This document shows positions 25,924-40,592 of a DNA stretch of 64,000 nucleotides, piece after piece. This stretch comes from Phoronis australis. Taxonomy: Eukaryota > Animalia > Phoronida. The translations under genes and the position numbers were made by a program. The stretch spans positions 1-64,000 of the forward strand of contig NMRA01000537.1 of assembly GCA_002633005.1 (NCBI GenBank), written 5' to 3'. The stretch's first letter is position 1. Each line of letters opens with the position of its first letter. The notes below the pieces were generated by a model. The model saw only the letters and a program-made list of their open reading frames with translations. It made no database searches and was not told where the DNA came from.

Positions 25924-26434
25924 CCATGGCACCGATGGTGACTCGAAGACGACGTGACCGTACTACGAAATCTCTGCCGACACTGTGAACATCAGTTTCA
26001 CTTCCAACTTACATGTATGTAGCCAATCCAACCCCAACAACATTGAATACCGCTAAAGTAAACGACGGCCATCTGACAACTCCGTGATGCACAGCCGACA
26101 ATGATCCCAAAGTAGCATGCTGCCTGGGAGGTGTCTTTAACTTAAAAAACTATGATTTTCATAAAATGAAAACACCTGTAATCCCACCTTTCCATACAAA
26201 AACGTTGCAGGGTTATCTTATATGTTTGGAGCTGTGTCCCATGTGAATGTAACTCCTATGATGTATGCTCCATTATGCCTAGGTGTCTTTATTATTACAT
26301 CTAGACAGGGATCCCGAAGGTTTTTTGGGTCATGGAAAGGTAAATTTTTTTGTAACACAGTGATAGCTACGAAATGACCATCAGGGAGGATTGCTCAGGT
26401 AGGCGTGGTCACGGGGCCATGACAATGGCATTCA

Positions 26435-26860
26435 AAAATTGAGCTAGATCAACCCAAGAGGTAACCGCATGAAACTGGTTGCAAGTTATTCAACAGAAAC
26501 CAATTAATCATGAACGCTCCCAGAGAAATTCAGTGGTGGATTACCCTCTCTAAACGCGCTCAAACCTAATTGAGCTAGCGCAATCCACAAGATAACCTGT
26601 TGAATCTATAACATCCAGGATCACTTCACACGTCGCAGCAGTTACATAGCAGACAATATTAGTGTTGGGATGCCTCTGCTAGATAAAGAATTGAGTACCA
26701 AAATTGACCTAGATCAACCCAAGAGTTATCCACATAATATTTGATATGCAAAGGATTCAACCTAAAACTACCAGATAAATTTAATATGTTTATCACGTTA
26801 GACACGCCCAAACCTCTGAGTTGAGCTAGATCAGCCAGCCAGGTAACAATTGCAGCCAAC
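26435..26860 (+). repeat. Diverged tandem repeat, ~130-bp period, four units
   Basis: ttgagctagatcaacccaagaggtaac-like motif at ~26439, 26569, 26704 and 26821. Confidence 0.65.
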
Positions 26861-26904
26861 TTTTGCGATGATTTTTGCACAGTGAAAATAAAATTCTCCT
26901 CATT

Positions 26905-27168
26905 CTTAACAGGGTTAAGTGACACTATGAGATACTGTGCTTTGCGCACTGTTCTCCAAATGCTGTTGGGATTTGTTTTCAGAATAAGGGTCTATCAAAA
27001 ATAGAACTTTTATATGGAAGCACTATGTTGTTATCCTTTTTGTCCGTCTGCACGTCCGTCCGTCCGTCCGTCCGTCCGGCACCTGTTGCTGTATCTCCAA
27101 AAACCGTTGATGTATGTTTATGAAACTGTGTAAATATGTTCTTTTCACTTCAGGGACGGGACGTCATT
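26905..27168 (+). repeat. Near-identical copy of the unit 2 3' flank (45262-45520), including a (GTCC)n Helentron/HINE-like end
   Basis: acagggttaagtgacactatgagatactgtgctttgcgcactg...gtccgtccgtcc...gacgtcat is present at both sites. Confidence 0.85.
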
Positions 27169-27990
27169 TGTGAATATTCGGTGAGTTATATTCAAGGAAT
27201 TTACTCTTTCACAAGTCTTGACAAAATGCAGGATTTTAAAAGAGAAAACCTTTGGCATAATTTACGCTTCGCACAGGTGTTCTCATTAACAGCGTCCTTT
27301 TCTCACACACTGACTTCTTACTAAGTCACTTTCTTTTCTAATTTACCCTTTCGTGTTGGAACAGATCGTAATAGCAAAAGTGGTCTCTAAAGATGTAGTT
27401 AATCAACCCAAAGTCAAAGACGCCACACGAATGTTCAAACGAAAAGCGGACCATTTGGGTGACCAGTAATGTCGGCTATGAAAAAGAACCGCGTCACAAG
27501 ATGTGCAAAAAGTGAATCAGATTTTCACGTACTAGAGCCGTCATATTTTGTCTTATATTGTAAATTCCTGCGGTTATTTGTTTTAGTACCTTCCTCAGAC
27601 GTAGTGCGGAGAACTTGTATACATGATCAAATCTCCAGTAATACCTGATGGTCCAGTAACAAGCGATCACAGATGCAGACACAAAACAAGTACCGGTACA
27701 TAGCAGTTATGCCCATGGATGCGTAAAAACGACTTGAAATATGAAGAAGCACACAATAAACGACAGCATTAACAAAACACAATTGAATCCATCACAAAAC
27801 GAGGCAGGAAATAAATTGTGGCAAGGTGCATGTATTCTCTCCACAGCACTGAGGGTTAAGATTTATAATACCCATAGCAAAGTTGACAACTCTCTTCTTG
27901 GTTTTCGGTGATAGCATTTGCATTAGTTCACTTGCACTTTCAAGTGAGCCAGAACAGTGCACACAGCTCCACTACGAACGTCATAATCTC

Positions 27991-28151
27991 CAGTGGCGAA
28001 TTTAGAGGGGGGCCAAGGGGGCCATGCCCCCCTAAAACTCTCCCAGATTCCATTTGGCAGTATGGGGGTGCGAATGTCTGTCGGGCAAATTCCTGGCTAA
28101 TAATCTGCCCTGCCCCCCCCCCCCTAACTCAAAATCCTGGATCCGCCCCTG
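27991..28151. mobile_element. Short GC-rich-ended MITE
   Basis: CAGTGGCGAATTTAG ... CTGGATCCGCCCCTG inverted ends. Confidence 0.65.
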
Positions 28152-28339
28152 TAGTCCAGCAGTCCTCATATGTCAGTAATAAACCGAAGCAATGTCATGA
28201 TATCTAGAATATTATGGGGTTAAAAATTTCTAAGTAAAATAATAGACTGCGTTGTCTCATTCCTTAATTCCCACCTTATTTGTTTTCTTCTGAGCACGCG
28301 CCCGTTAGTTGTCGCTACTGTTCATGAAACAACAATGTC

Positions 28340-28466
28340 CGCCAGTGGCCGTCCAATGGGATATCGCCAGGAGATTTGTCTCCCTCTGATAAAAATCATG
28401 CGTCTATATAGCACCACCTGACATACAGTGTTGTGTACAGCTGAATGTTTCATACCAATGGTAAGT
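28340..28466 (+). promoter_or_regulatory. Candidate promoter and first exon ending ATG|gtaagt (possibly for paralog 2)
   Basis: CCAAT at 28353, TATA-like ctatatag at 28404, ATG at 28458-28460 followed directly by a consensus donor GTAAGT; phase 0 matches the acceptor at 41765. Confidence 0.45.
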
Positions 28467-30399
28467 TATTCTTTTAAGTGGCTTTCAGTGTACGTTATCA
28501 TCTTTGTAACACTGAGTCTGTGACACTAATCGGGCATTTTCGCAGATTTTGCTTAACAATTTCACTGTAGACCTCGTGGTAAAACAAGTTACCGTTAATT
28601 TCAGATGCTTTGGTTATCCGACGTCGGTATGCAAAAGTGTTTCAGTGTTGTTTATACATTCTTCGGCCACACAATCGTAACTGGTAGTGTGAGAGTTCCG
28701 TGCAGTTAAGGAGAGTATCCGAAATGCTTAAGACCTCAAAAAAAGAATCTTATTCTCACTTGGGGAAGGTTTTAAAATGTCATCTACTATATGATGTTGA
28801 ACAGTGAACTCGGTTAGCGATAACCTCACACCTTTAGCAGCTTTGACTTGGATAAAAATACTCATCATTTCCATTGTTGATTACAAATTGGTTCAGGTTT
28901 ATCGTAATGGCTTAAGGTCATCTCAAATCTTTATCGAAGTCCTCCTTTCTAACTCGTATATCAAAAACTTTATATTTATGTGCCGTTGTTATTATTGCGA
29001 TAACGATTTTTCAGTCAAAATTTCATTTTTAAGAAAGGTACATTTATAGCAAAATAACCCCCTGATCGATTTTAATGAAACTTTTAAATGAAAACTTTAC
29101 CAGTTACCTCAAAATATTGAATTTTTTATTAGTCTTTTAATTCGCTTTCTGTGACAAAGTAACTCACAAAGCCTAAGGCATTTTTGTGAAAAATAGCAGT
29201 CACATTCGTATTTGTTACATTCCTCAAAACTTAGGCCTTCATATCAAAAATTTTAAAAGCAATTTTGAGATTGATAAATAAATATCAAGTTTGATAAATT
29301 TCAACTAGCCGTTTTCGAGAACTCGTATTGCTAAGTTCAAATTAAGTCGATTTGTCGAAGCCGCGAAAAAACGATTACGTTTTGAGGCTTGACCATCTGA
29401 AGGTCATCGATTGATTATTCGGTGAAAACTTGTTTTTTATCAATGTATCTTATAAATGCCTAATACTTGTTCGTTATTTCAAATTTCTCTTGCGATGTTA
29501 ACTGAAATTGAAGTGCGTAATTAACTTAATTTTCAATAAAACGTTATAATTTTGTACGTAGGGCTTAACATTCCTGTGTTAACTAGGTCAGAAGGCGGAG
29601 CCAGTTTTGAGTAGGCTAATATACACACCACGCGCCAAAGAACCAAATACGAAACAGACAATAGAAATCAAGTCGGTGGTTAAAGTGCGCTGTAAACACG
29701 AGATCAAAACAGCGAAATGTTAAAGGGCTGGTCAAGCTAATGAATTTCGGGAGGATTTGTCTTCATTAACAATTTGCTGTGTTAGTGAAAAGTAAGTAAT
29801 AGAGGCGGTTCAGTGACTCAGACTCGGTGCATTCGTTCTCAACGGCCTTATGTATGCAGACACACAACTCCCTCAGGATCAAAGCTACGTTTAAAGGAGA
29901 ACGCCACCACAAAAACAACATAGTTTGCTCATGTATCAATTTAGATCGAGTAGTTTTACTCGATAACAGCAAGTGAAGCTCTTTTACCTGACACCTGACG
30001 GCAGACGGAGGTGTTGAAATTAACCAATGACATCAGAGGTTCGAATGCAGTCAGTTCAGCAGCTCACAACACGCTTACTGCTGTCAGCTTATCGCTTGAA
30101 TTCATCGTTTTACACCAATAAACCCTCAAATTCGATGTAAAACTCTTATAAATACATCGAGTTATTGAACAAAGCTGTTATTTTATTTGGCGGTAACAGA
30201 TTTTTAGGTATTTGGACGTACCGTAGCCTACAAAATTCGGTAGGCCAATTTACCAAGGTCGGTCGCGGGAGTTTGGGGTCTGTTCGGTGATAAATTCAAA
30301 TTATTAGTCCGTGAAATACAGACAGGAAAACATACATGTGTATTGCAATTTTTCAGTTCTTATACTCATGAAAGAGACTGAAAGAGAATTCCAGTTCTT

Positions 30400-32720
30400 G
30401 ATTCACGTCATAACTGTAGACCTTCTGAATGCCTGACTGAACGACGGAGGAATTGAATATGGGGTGGAGGCTCTCAAACCACTGCGATGGCCTTGTCTAG
30501 TGTACAGATCAAGTATTTTTTGACGTAGGCGTTGTTGACATCGTTTATTACTTTGGAAGTAAATGTGGCCGTGGGAAGGTTGCGTCGAGTAGACAGTTTG
30601 GGCCACTTGAGACTTTCAAAACCTTACCACCACTGGATCCCCTGTAAGCTCCAGTTATGAGTAAGGCAGCTTGATACAGTCTCCAAATGCTGGAGTGCAC
30701 CAGTATTGGCCGACTGATTTATGATATCACAATACTTGACACGTGGAAGTATAAAGGATTTGAGCAGAACGTATAACTGCGTTAGTACAATTCAGATGAC
30801 GAGAGACGAGCTTACATTCTAAGTGGGTAAATTAGTTTTTGAGCTTTTGTACGAGCTCCCAAACGTGACGTGTGAATGAGAGGTTTTTTTCGTCAAACAG
30901 TATACCAAGGTGTCTGCGAGACTGTTTTCTAGGAATGACGTCATCTTTAAGTTTAGGGTCATAAGACGGGTCAACAAGGAAGAGGTCATAAACACATTTG
31001 GAGAAGGTGAGAGTAACGCTTTTTTCTGGTTTAAAATTCATTCGCCATTGTTGTGACCAATAGCTGAGTTTATTCAAGTCGTGTTGAAGCTGCATAGAAC
31101 TTTCAAGGCTGCCATCTGCGAAGGTGTAAAAAAGAGCCGTGTCATCTTCATAGAGGTACATGTATGTGCTACATGACAGGTTATCAGGTAGGTCTTTAAT
31201 ATCAAGCAAGAAGAGAAGAGGGTCCAGCGGTACACTTGCGTTTACAAATCTGGGAGGGGATAAAGTTGAAAGAACGCCGTCGACACGAACAGTGTACGTA
31301 CGATCGGAGAGATAAGAGGTGACCATGTTTAAAAGATTCCCAGTAATGCCTTAAGATCGACGTTTGTGGAGTAAAAGGTCGTGCGGGACACAGTCGAAAG
31401 CAGAAGCTATATCTAGAAAAATGGACCTGACACTCTCGCCCTTCTCAAAATGTAAATGAATCTCATGTGCTATTACAAGTTGTGCGACGGTGCTCTTCCC
31501 ACACAAAAACAAATTGACGATGATAGATCAAGTTGTTTTTGTTTGAGAAATGTAAGAATACTTTGAGCAGTGATCTTCTTGAAGATTTTGGATAGGGTGT
31601 TACTTTTAAGTAAAGTTATTGGGCGATAATTTGAAATTTCAGTTTTGGGGTCTTTTTTGTGTGTAGGGACCTTAATTCCATGTTTCCAAGAAGACGGATA
31701 ATACCTAGCTGAAGAAGTTTGTTAAATAGGTTGATGAAAGGTATCGTAGTTTCGTTGGCAATCATTTTTATCATCTTGTTGGTGATAAATTCTGTGTCAT
31801 CACTCTTATTGGGGTCAATTTCATTGAGATACTTCTGGACATAAGTTTGACTAACCGGGATATCAGACAGTTGATTGAGACAACGTTCACTAAGAAAGGG
31901 AAAGTTTCCTACTTCAGTTGGTGTAATGTGGCTTTTGTTCGTGAAAATTTTGAGAAACAGGTCACACTTGTCACTGCTACTTGAGGCTAGGTTACCACTG
32001 TGGTTGATGACAGGATAAGAGGATTGTTGTTGACTGCTGCGTATTCTATTGGTGATGTTATGTTCCAGAATTCTCTGGAATTCTTGCTTACACAGTTAAT
32101 TTGTGAAAAAGGCTTTAGGAGGTGATCAGCTTTGGTTTGATTTACTTTAGTATCTACAGGCGTGATGGCTCCTTGTATTTGTTGTAGATTACAGTGTTGT
32201 TAGACGTTCTGAAAGAAATGCAAAGTCTGTTTCTTGAGGGGATTGTCCGTTTAATATTATTGTTTAACCACGGTTGGCTATTGTGTTTGATAATCTTTTC
32301 AGTTGATGGGATGCTGTTGTTTTAAGTTTCATAAAGAGCACAAATGAAGAGTAAAACAGTGTCATTAATGTCGCCAGTGTCCAATGTGGAATCCCAGCCA
32401 GTGGAGGTGATATCCTGACGTAATTTATCGTGTCGACTTCATCATATTTCCAAATGGTTCGTGCAGTGTGTTGTTCTTTAACCAGTTTTTTAGGTATTAG
32501 AGTGGTTTCGATTGTGTGGTGATCAGAATTGCCAACAGAAGGTAGTACAGAACATGAGTCAATGATACTCAAATTGTTTGTTATGCAGAGATCAATACAT
32601 GAATGAGAAACGTCGGTGATGCGCGTTGGCTCATTAATTAGCTGTATGCAGTCATTAGACAATAAGATATCAGTAGTTGTTTTGCATCTCTTAGCCATTA
32701 ACGGAATTTTACCACATCAT
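30400..32720 (-). mobile_element. Decayed LINE ORF2 (AP endonuclease plus reverse transcriptase, CR1/L2 group)
   Basis: EN motifs SCIDLCITN and GNSDHH; RT motifs NYRPITL, FLDIASAFDCVPH, LYEDDT, W...WRMNFKPEKS, HLGILFD; many frameshifts. Confidence 0.9.
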
Positions 32721-35700
32721 CCTTGGCAAATTTACCATTCCTCTAAGAAACTATAAAATCCATAACAATAAATTCTGAAAACTTATTGCATTATGGGGGG
32801 ACCCCAAACCTCGTGGGATGTCCCGTCTCCCATGCTCTCCCCAGCTGCCTATCGAGAGTCTTCGAGCCTGTGTTTGGGAATTGCTTCTTCTGTTTTCATA
32901 AACAACGAATTTGTTGATTATTTACTTACATGGTTATTCTTTTACAAAAATTGACTGGTTGACAGGTGATTTTTAAAGATAAATCAGTGAAGTTAGCTTC
33001 AGGCTGACATTGGGAAAATTCGATCTATCATCGTCCGATCACCAAATAGAAAAGAACACGAACGGGCAAACCACAATCAAGGTAGATATTCGGTCGACAC
33101 TTTAGATGAAAAATGAAGATTGTCACATAACTGTAAAATCTGAGTTATTTTAAAATACCGTCATTCCAGGGTTGTAATCTTAAATATTTTTGAACAGGAA
33201 CCACCGAATAAAATTGTATAGCCTGATGCAACACAGTCGTATAAAAGTGTACGTACAATACAACTTGTGGTCACAGCCCACTTTTGTCATGCAAAAATTC
33301 ATGAGGTAGCCGTTAATTTTATAAATCCTTGATCAAATTGAAGAAGTATCACACACAAAAGTAACAAAAGTTATCATTGTTCTGATCAAGATGTTCTTGA
33401 TGGTGATACATTGCATATATTAACACAGTATAATGAGAACTTTTTCTCTTACAATATGATTCGCACAAAAAGAAAACGACAAGTAAAATGTAGGGTTAGG
33501 TACACTTCACAATTGCTAATATTTCACCCATAACAAATGTATTTGTAATAACTTACCATTTTAAGGGAGGAAACTGTCTGTGACAAATGTTGCTTACTTA
33601 CTGTGTATTATTTTTGTTTCATGGTGCTTATTAACATCGGGGTACGTACACTACATTTCATTGACATTTCATGTTCGTTACTAAACACTAGGAATCTACT
33701 GAGAGTTAGTTGATTTATCAAATCTATACAAAGAGAAAAATATAAAGCTCAGCAATCATGCGCATATCTTCATTCTTTGAAAATAAGCACAAATTCAAAT
33801 ACAAGGGTACGCAGACTACACATATGGTAACACTTCACTCAAAACAAATGTTTTTTGTAATAACTCAAAAAAATGTATTTTTGTAATAAACAGCCTTTTA
33901 AACTACATTTCTAAGGAGGGAAACTGTCTGTGATCAATGCTGCTCACTTATCAAGTGATATGTTAATTTGATCGCATTTGTTAACATGGGGGTACGTACA
34001 CTACATCACTGTTTCTACATCACATGGTGACATAATGTTTTATGGCCATTTATTTTTCTTTGGTGATAATAAGCACCTTATTCAAAAGGCAATAATTTCA
34101 TTTGCAATCCCCATTTTTGTTACTGAATATCACTTGGGGGTACGTATACTATATTTTGTTAGCCAGTTTGGCACTTTTTCAACGTAGCAAAACCCAACCA
34201 ATATCCAAACTTTTGGTTTGTTTAGAAATTAAATAATTTGCTGTGTTGCTAGGCTAAAATATTCTGCAGTTCTTTTTATTGCAGAGTGTGAACTTAACTT
34301 TTTAATCTTCTTTACACTAGATGAGGGTTAGAAACGCAGAATTTACAAATTTCCTTACGAATTCCTGTTTTATGATGAACCTTACTATTTCTGAATTATT
34401 AAGCACAACTTCATCTAAGTGATTCTGAAGGTGACTCGAGTTATTCCCAGTCATATCTAAGCATTTGCTTGCTTCATAAAATAAATGTCTTTTCTATTGT
34501 TGACAGTTCAAAACTGAAATTGTTAAAATGGCCACTCGTAACGCTAAAAATGTATGAAATTCATACACAAAAGTGCATAAAATTCTCAAATATTTTCCGA
34601 TTTTGATAATTCTTTTTATCTGTACAACTAAAAAACTCATTGCATATGAGATTCAGTTGGCATTTGGCAAGTGACCGAAAAATTTTATTTTAGCCCGTAA
34701 CACAGTCGACTGTCGAATATGGACTTTGATTGTGATTTAGCAGTAAACGAACTTTGCTCATCTGAACTAAGTCCCAATATATTGATGAATGTCGGACAGC
34801 TCTACAAAGCTTCCCACAACGTTCTCAGAATTCAAATGACAATATATGAGTTTTGATTGACGTAGGAACAAGATTGGTGGTTTAAATTCACAAACCGTTT
34901 ATCGAAAACGAATTTTAAGCAGTTTAATTAAACAAAGTTAAACGCATTGCTGCCTTAACATGGAAAAATTAATTGTCTATGCGCTCCCTTGGCGTTTTCA
35001 ATTTCCAGGAGTATTTTTGTTCTTCAAAACTGAATTGTTTGTTCGACATTCCCATGAAGACTGACGCACCGACGTTCAAAATAAGGTGTAACCAAGTAGT
35101 AGGTGCGGCGCAGAATCTCAATGATCCACGGGAACTGAATTTGAGCTCCCGGCGTCAGTGGAAGTGTGACGGAACACCCTCTGTATTATTTTCCCTAGCC
35201 ACCAGAACCTGGACTACCAGTGTTTCAACAAAAGATATTGGAAAAAACTTCAAAGGCACTATACCAGGTACCTCAAGACGTCGCCCTTTCAAAAATACCT
35301 TCAAAGAATGACTGAAATTAAAATTTTTCCCAAGATGAGTTATAAATAAATGAGTCAGCACAGATGGTTAATTACGACCTAAGCTATTTGTCTCACGCAT
35401 CTTCGTCTCAAGTGAATCATAGATGAGATGACCAGTGGCTAGCCCGAAATACATATTTTTACACTGGCACATCTCTGCTATACTTACATGAGGCAGCTCC
35501 CGTGCAGCTATCCGCCAGTGCGCTGGCCCTAGGTCCATCCTCACTCTCCGTGAAACTTCGCTGGTTCACGGGTACTCAAATCCTCAGGTTTTCAGTAACC
35601 GTGATAGTTAAACCCCAGAAATAGGCCCCCTCCTATGGCGGATGTGGGTACCGTGGGTGGTCGGTACAAATTTAATGGCATTTAGACCGACCCGGGGTGG

Positions 35701-36399
35701 GGAGGCCGAGAGGGATATGACGGGGGGTGGGGGTAGTTTGGCAAAGTCCAATTGGTTTGTGCCCCCCTCCAATAATGTGTACCTTCCTACAGGCCTGATG
35801 TATACATGTATACATACAAGTTTACGGCTATGCAGATAAATACACAACATAATTACTGCAGAATGATGTCTTAGAAATAAATATATGTTATTGAATGGTT
35901 CTCGTGTTATTAAACGTATCACGAGGAACGAGAGTTTTTTTTTTTTAAATATCACTTGAGGACGAAGCCCGAGTTCTGTGATGTAAATAACACTTGCCGT
36001 CTGGGAGAAACCTTCAGTTCCTTCTTGATCATGCTTTTTGAACTACATACATGTAAACAAATGTTAAATACAGTCAAGGTACGATGCAGAGGTGTATATG
36101 GCTCGTCGAATGTAAGAAACGAATCATATGCTAAACTGTGTGTTTAATCTTATCTTGGCATTAAGAAGATTTATGACATTTGTTTGAGTATCAATCGGCA
36201 ACGTGTCGACTGTGAATTCTTTGTACTCTCTCCTTACTTTATTGGAGTAGTGATATCTGAGTACACTCTAAGAGGTAGCGGTTTGAAATTTGTTCTGAGT
36301 TCCAGTATTACTATTGAAATAGGCGGTTGACCTTTCATCCATAGCAAACATCAAAACCAGAGTCATAAGAGGCACCTCAAAAAACTTATCAGCAAAGAA

Positions 36400-36640
36400 C
36401 AGATGAGTTGATCTTAAATTTCGTTTAGACCAGTATATTTTCCCCCACCTTCTGGCGCAATACACTGCGAGCTCGTGTCTACTGAGTTCTTTGCGCGATG
36501 CAAAAGCTCTGTAACACTCGGAGCAGAAGTAAGGGCGTTTCTTCTTGTGCACTAATTGATTGTTTGCGCAAGTACTCGTTGCAGGGGAACTCCTTTTTAC
36601 TCTTTTTACACTTAAACGTCGTCGCAATCATTATTATCAT
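36400..36640 (-). pseudogene. Decayed C2H2 zinc-finger array
   Basis: TFKCKKSKKEF..., HKKKRPYFCSECYRAFASRKELSRHE, CARRWGKIY...; homologous and more decayed at 15370-15500. Confidence 0.65.
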
Positions 36641-37969
36641 CATCGTCATCATCATCAGTATATTTATCATCAGTGTCACGTGAAATTGATTTCCATAGGT
36701 ATATGACGTGGTATAGAGGTCGCAAGCTATTGTTTAGCTTGCGATATCCATGCGACAGGCATAAGCTCGCAGCATGGTTATCGTTTATGGGACGCAACCA
36801 TTGTTTTCCTTTGTTGCGTCTTTGTTGAGTACAACAATACAGGTTGCACGGATATCGAACCTAGGGCGCCCATCAGCCAGTTACAGATACATGTAAATGA
36901 TTACCATTACCTTCATCATATAAGAGAAAAACAAATTGAACAATGGATACACGTATCTACCGATATCTATGCGACGAGCTTGCGATCTAATTTCCCTAAG
37001 TGTCATTCGCCAGGTCATCGTCGTCACTTCGCTTGAGTGGTCTACTACAATTGCTAATTGAAGACAAAACGATGGAGTTAAAACTCGCAATGAGTGATGC
37101 TGCCCTCACCATCCGGGCTATGCACATAGTTATCTATTATTTTTGTTTTCACCCTGTCGCTTTAAAATTTTCATACCATCATCATATTCATTTTTTTTCC
37201 TTTTCTTACTGACTCGTCTTCTGTATTTTAGAAATGGACTGTATTTTTCAGCCTCATTCTTTTCATTGTTTCTACTGCAATATTGTTTTCGAATTCCAGC
37301 ATACTGCTATGGATTTTCCTCAAACACTCGTCCCTGATTGGTGACGTAATATTTCTACGCGGCAAACTGTTCACAGGCTGACTAATTGATGTTTTGTTTG
37401 GCTAATTTTTTCGAAAATTCGCGTACCGCGATCATTCACTTGAAAAAAAATATCGTCAAGATCATACCATCATCACGTCCGTCTTTCCACTTTGTCGACA
37501 TGTCATCGTTAGTATTTGCATTGAAATGCTTTCCAGGCGCAATAAGCCTTTTTGTTAAGCGTTCTTTGTGATGCTAACTTTACTATCGTCATCATGATCG
37601 CTTTTGTCTGTGTTCATATGGCTAACACCTTGTCTACGTGAAAAGTCGAGATTCGAGGTTTACGATTTTCTTGTTACAAACACAATTTTTTTGCAGTTCC
37701 AAAGAGCGGCAATGACTTCACAAAAGGACATCACATCTACAGAATGCATTGCTTTTGAGAGTTCACAGATTCAAAACACTAGCATCACATAATTCGTAAC
37801 TCCGCTTTATCATGATTGCATTATAACGTATTATCCGTCTATCCCGTTTTCACCGTACTGTATATATGTTATTTTTTCACTGCAAACGCAAACCTCGGGA
37901 AATAATTCAAAAGTGTGGGTTTTATCACTTCTCCACTCTCATGTTCGGGAGTTTCAAAGTTCTCCTGTG

Positions 37970-38404
37970 CCGGGTTGCATGAAACAGTCCCAAATAGGGA
38001 CTTAACTAAGTTCCCTAAATCTTTTTCATATTTTTTTCGTTCTTTAGGCACAGATGAAATATTTCTTTTTATAATTTCATCTATACTGTGAGCTCTTCTT
38101 TGACTAATGACATTTTCTTATAATATATTATACTAAAAATTGAACCTTAAGGACAATCAAAACAGTGAGGGACTTAGTCCTTAAATGGGGGCGATGCATG
38201 AAAAGATCCCTACTTATTTTCAATAACATTGAGAATTAAATTTAGATTTCAATCTTGATTTGTATCAAAGCCAAAAATTAGCTTAGTAATGCTTCTCAAA
38301 CAGCATCAGATAGGACAAATAGTGTTTTCACAAGCCCGCAAATACGCAGTAGATTTAGGGACCTTAGTTGAGTCCCCATTTGGGACTGTTTCATGCAACA
38401 GGGC
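37970..38404. mobile_element. Harbinger-like MITE
   Basis: ~50-bp TIRs gttgcatgaaacagtcccaaatagggac / gtccccatttgggactgtttcatgcaac. Confidence 0.75.
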
Positions 38405-39691
38405 ACTGGTGTACACTGTTGGTTTCTTTTCCTATACACAAGGGGGCGTCCTTGTTCTTATTATAGAATCACTAACTGTAGCTTGACATATTTCATCCGA
38501 GTGAGTACTCAGCTTTCTTTCTCAACGGATCAACCAAGGTGATTCAATCATTTTTTTCTCGCTAATACCCCCAAAATGTTTATCCAGACAATGCCGTAAT
38601 TAACCAAGCACCTGCCTGCAATACCTTTGGTCTCGCTTTGTCTCATCGCACAACAGGTACATGTAATGACAAGATATAAATGTGTACAACTTCAATGCAT
38701 GAGTAACGTGCACGTCGCTGCATGACGCCGCATTAAGCATCAAGCTGTGAAAACAAGGCCGAGAGCGATGCCACTTGAAAAATTAATTTACTGTAGATAT
38801 TTGTAATTTTGTTCTGGGATACAGTTGTGATATATTAACGTAACAAGCCAACGCTGCTTCGTCGACTCTATTTTCAGTTGTGCTTACCGAGTGGAGCTCC
38901 TTTTGTGATCTCCAATTTTCAGAAAACAGACATAATATTTCTCACGGATTTATAGAACACATACATTCTTCGTCAGTCAACAGAAGTGTAAAGGGCTTTT
39001 TGTGACTGTCAAACTGGTAAATGGAGACCAGGCAAGACTCATTCTGTGTTCTTACGACACAGGACAACGTGGGTAGAGTTCAGTAGTTGTCTCGCAACTG
39101 TAAAAGTCTGACCAAAATTACAATTTCTCATTTAAAATACACATTACCTCACGTAGTTTCGCGAAGTCTTGCTTTTTAGTGAGGTTCCAGCGTAGGTCTT
39201 AGCGTTAGCCAGAGGTCCGTTAAATAACGCCTGCTGCGCTTGCGAGCAGTGAGTTGCAAAACCACGTACTTCTATCAATTGTTATGCAAACTGACGCCAC
39301 GCGACTTGGCTTATGCAGTATTTTCAGTCTTAATCACAAGATCTCCTTGCCTGCTTACGAACTTGGCCTAAATACCTCGTGCTGGTTACCATTGTTAAGA
39401 CAAGGTGTTGAGCTGGGTTTGGCGTCACAACGAGGTGATTTTCCCGAGACAGGTCCTCAACTTTGCTACTGTTTTTTTACTTGAGTGAGGGTCTCAAAAC
39501 TTTGCATGAAATTCAAAAATTTATTATGAAAAAATGCTCTAGCGCGTGCTGCGAGACGATTGTTAATTGCTGATTATTTAAGTTTTTTTCGAGCAGTAAG
39601 TCGATTTGGCGCTCGACAGATCATTCAATTTGGAAAGGCCCATCAAGTTGTACTAAAATGCTGAGGGGGGACATTTCCAGCACCTAGTGTA

Positions 39692-40130
39692 AATCTCAAC
39701 ATTTTTTATTGTACATCGTAGGCATTTCCTACACATACACAAATACATAAATTCAAATTGATATTCAGAGTATTTACACAGAGAGCAGCTGTTCTCTTAA
39801 AGTCATAGCCTTCTGAATTTGCAATGCAAGGCGTTGGATACTGTCATGATTTTCTGTTGTAATAACCTAACAAGAGAACAGTTAAGATCCCCAAGCTCAG
39901 GTAGAAGATTTTTCCTAAGGGCTCCAAGAGCAGGGCATCGACACAAGAAATGAGGCTTATCTTCAATTTCAACCAGATTACATATGCCGCATAATCTCTC
40001 ACCTCTAGGAATACTCATATGTCTCGCTTTCTCCATATTATTAAGTGAGTGACCTGAACATCGAAACAGCGCAAGTATTCTTCTCGAATAAGCGCTTAAA
40101 CAATTCACATATTGCTCGCTAGCCTACCGA
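39692..40130 (-). mobile_element. 5'-truncated LINE 3' fragment
   Basis: LALFRCSGHSL..EKARH..IPRGERLCGICNLVEIEDKPHFLCRCP; absent at the homologous position in unit 1 (~19460). Confidence 0.8.
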
Positions 40131-40510
40131 GAAAGTGATCGCCTTCATAATTTCAAGACATTTCTCCCAATTTGACTGTGTAGTCAGCTCAACCAGGCCA
40201 TATTTAAAAACACTAAAGTCTATGATTGGACTAAATTCAACGCGCTTAGGGAGTACCGCTGGCACGCTGCCGAAAACGTGAGCATTAAAAAACCTTCAAC
40301 AGCAGCATATTAAGCTTAGGCCTAAATCATGAAATCGACAATTTGCAAAATTGAAATTTCCTGTTTCTAAAAAAGGATATTGCAAAAGTTTGTAGCCTGC
40401 TGCGTGAGAATCACTCTGTAGATGGGCAAAGTCGTCACGGATGACCTGCCGAATTGGGGGTTATCGGCCTTCAATCTTAATAACAAAGATAATTTTGGCT
40501 GGGAGAAATG

Positions 40511-40592
40511 TAGCCTTGGTACAAAGCTGTGTAATAAATATACAGCTAGCTGTATTTTGACGACAGTCTTCATACAGCTAGCTGGCTGGCTA
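40511..40592. mobile_element. Academ(H)-like mini element, TAGCC...GGCTA
   Basis: Flanked by duplicated gagaaatg; empty site gggagaaatgcac at ~19806. A second copy at 55163-55227 is flanked by duplicated ggattctg. Confidence 0.7.

Noticed and set aside
26435-26860. Regularly spaced repeats resembling a CRISPR array
   Set aside because: Eukaryotic context, degenerate repeats, ~130-bp period and no cas genes; a diverged tandem repeat.
28728-29567. TTAA-flanked segment as another Kolobok-like element
   Set aside because: Terminal match is only a few bases; not enough support.
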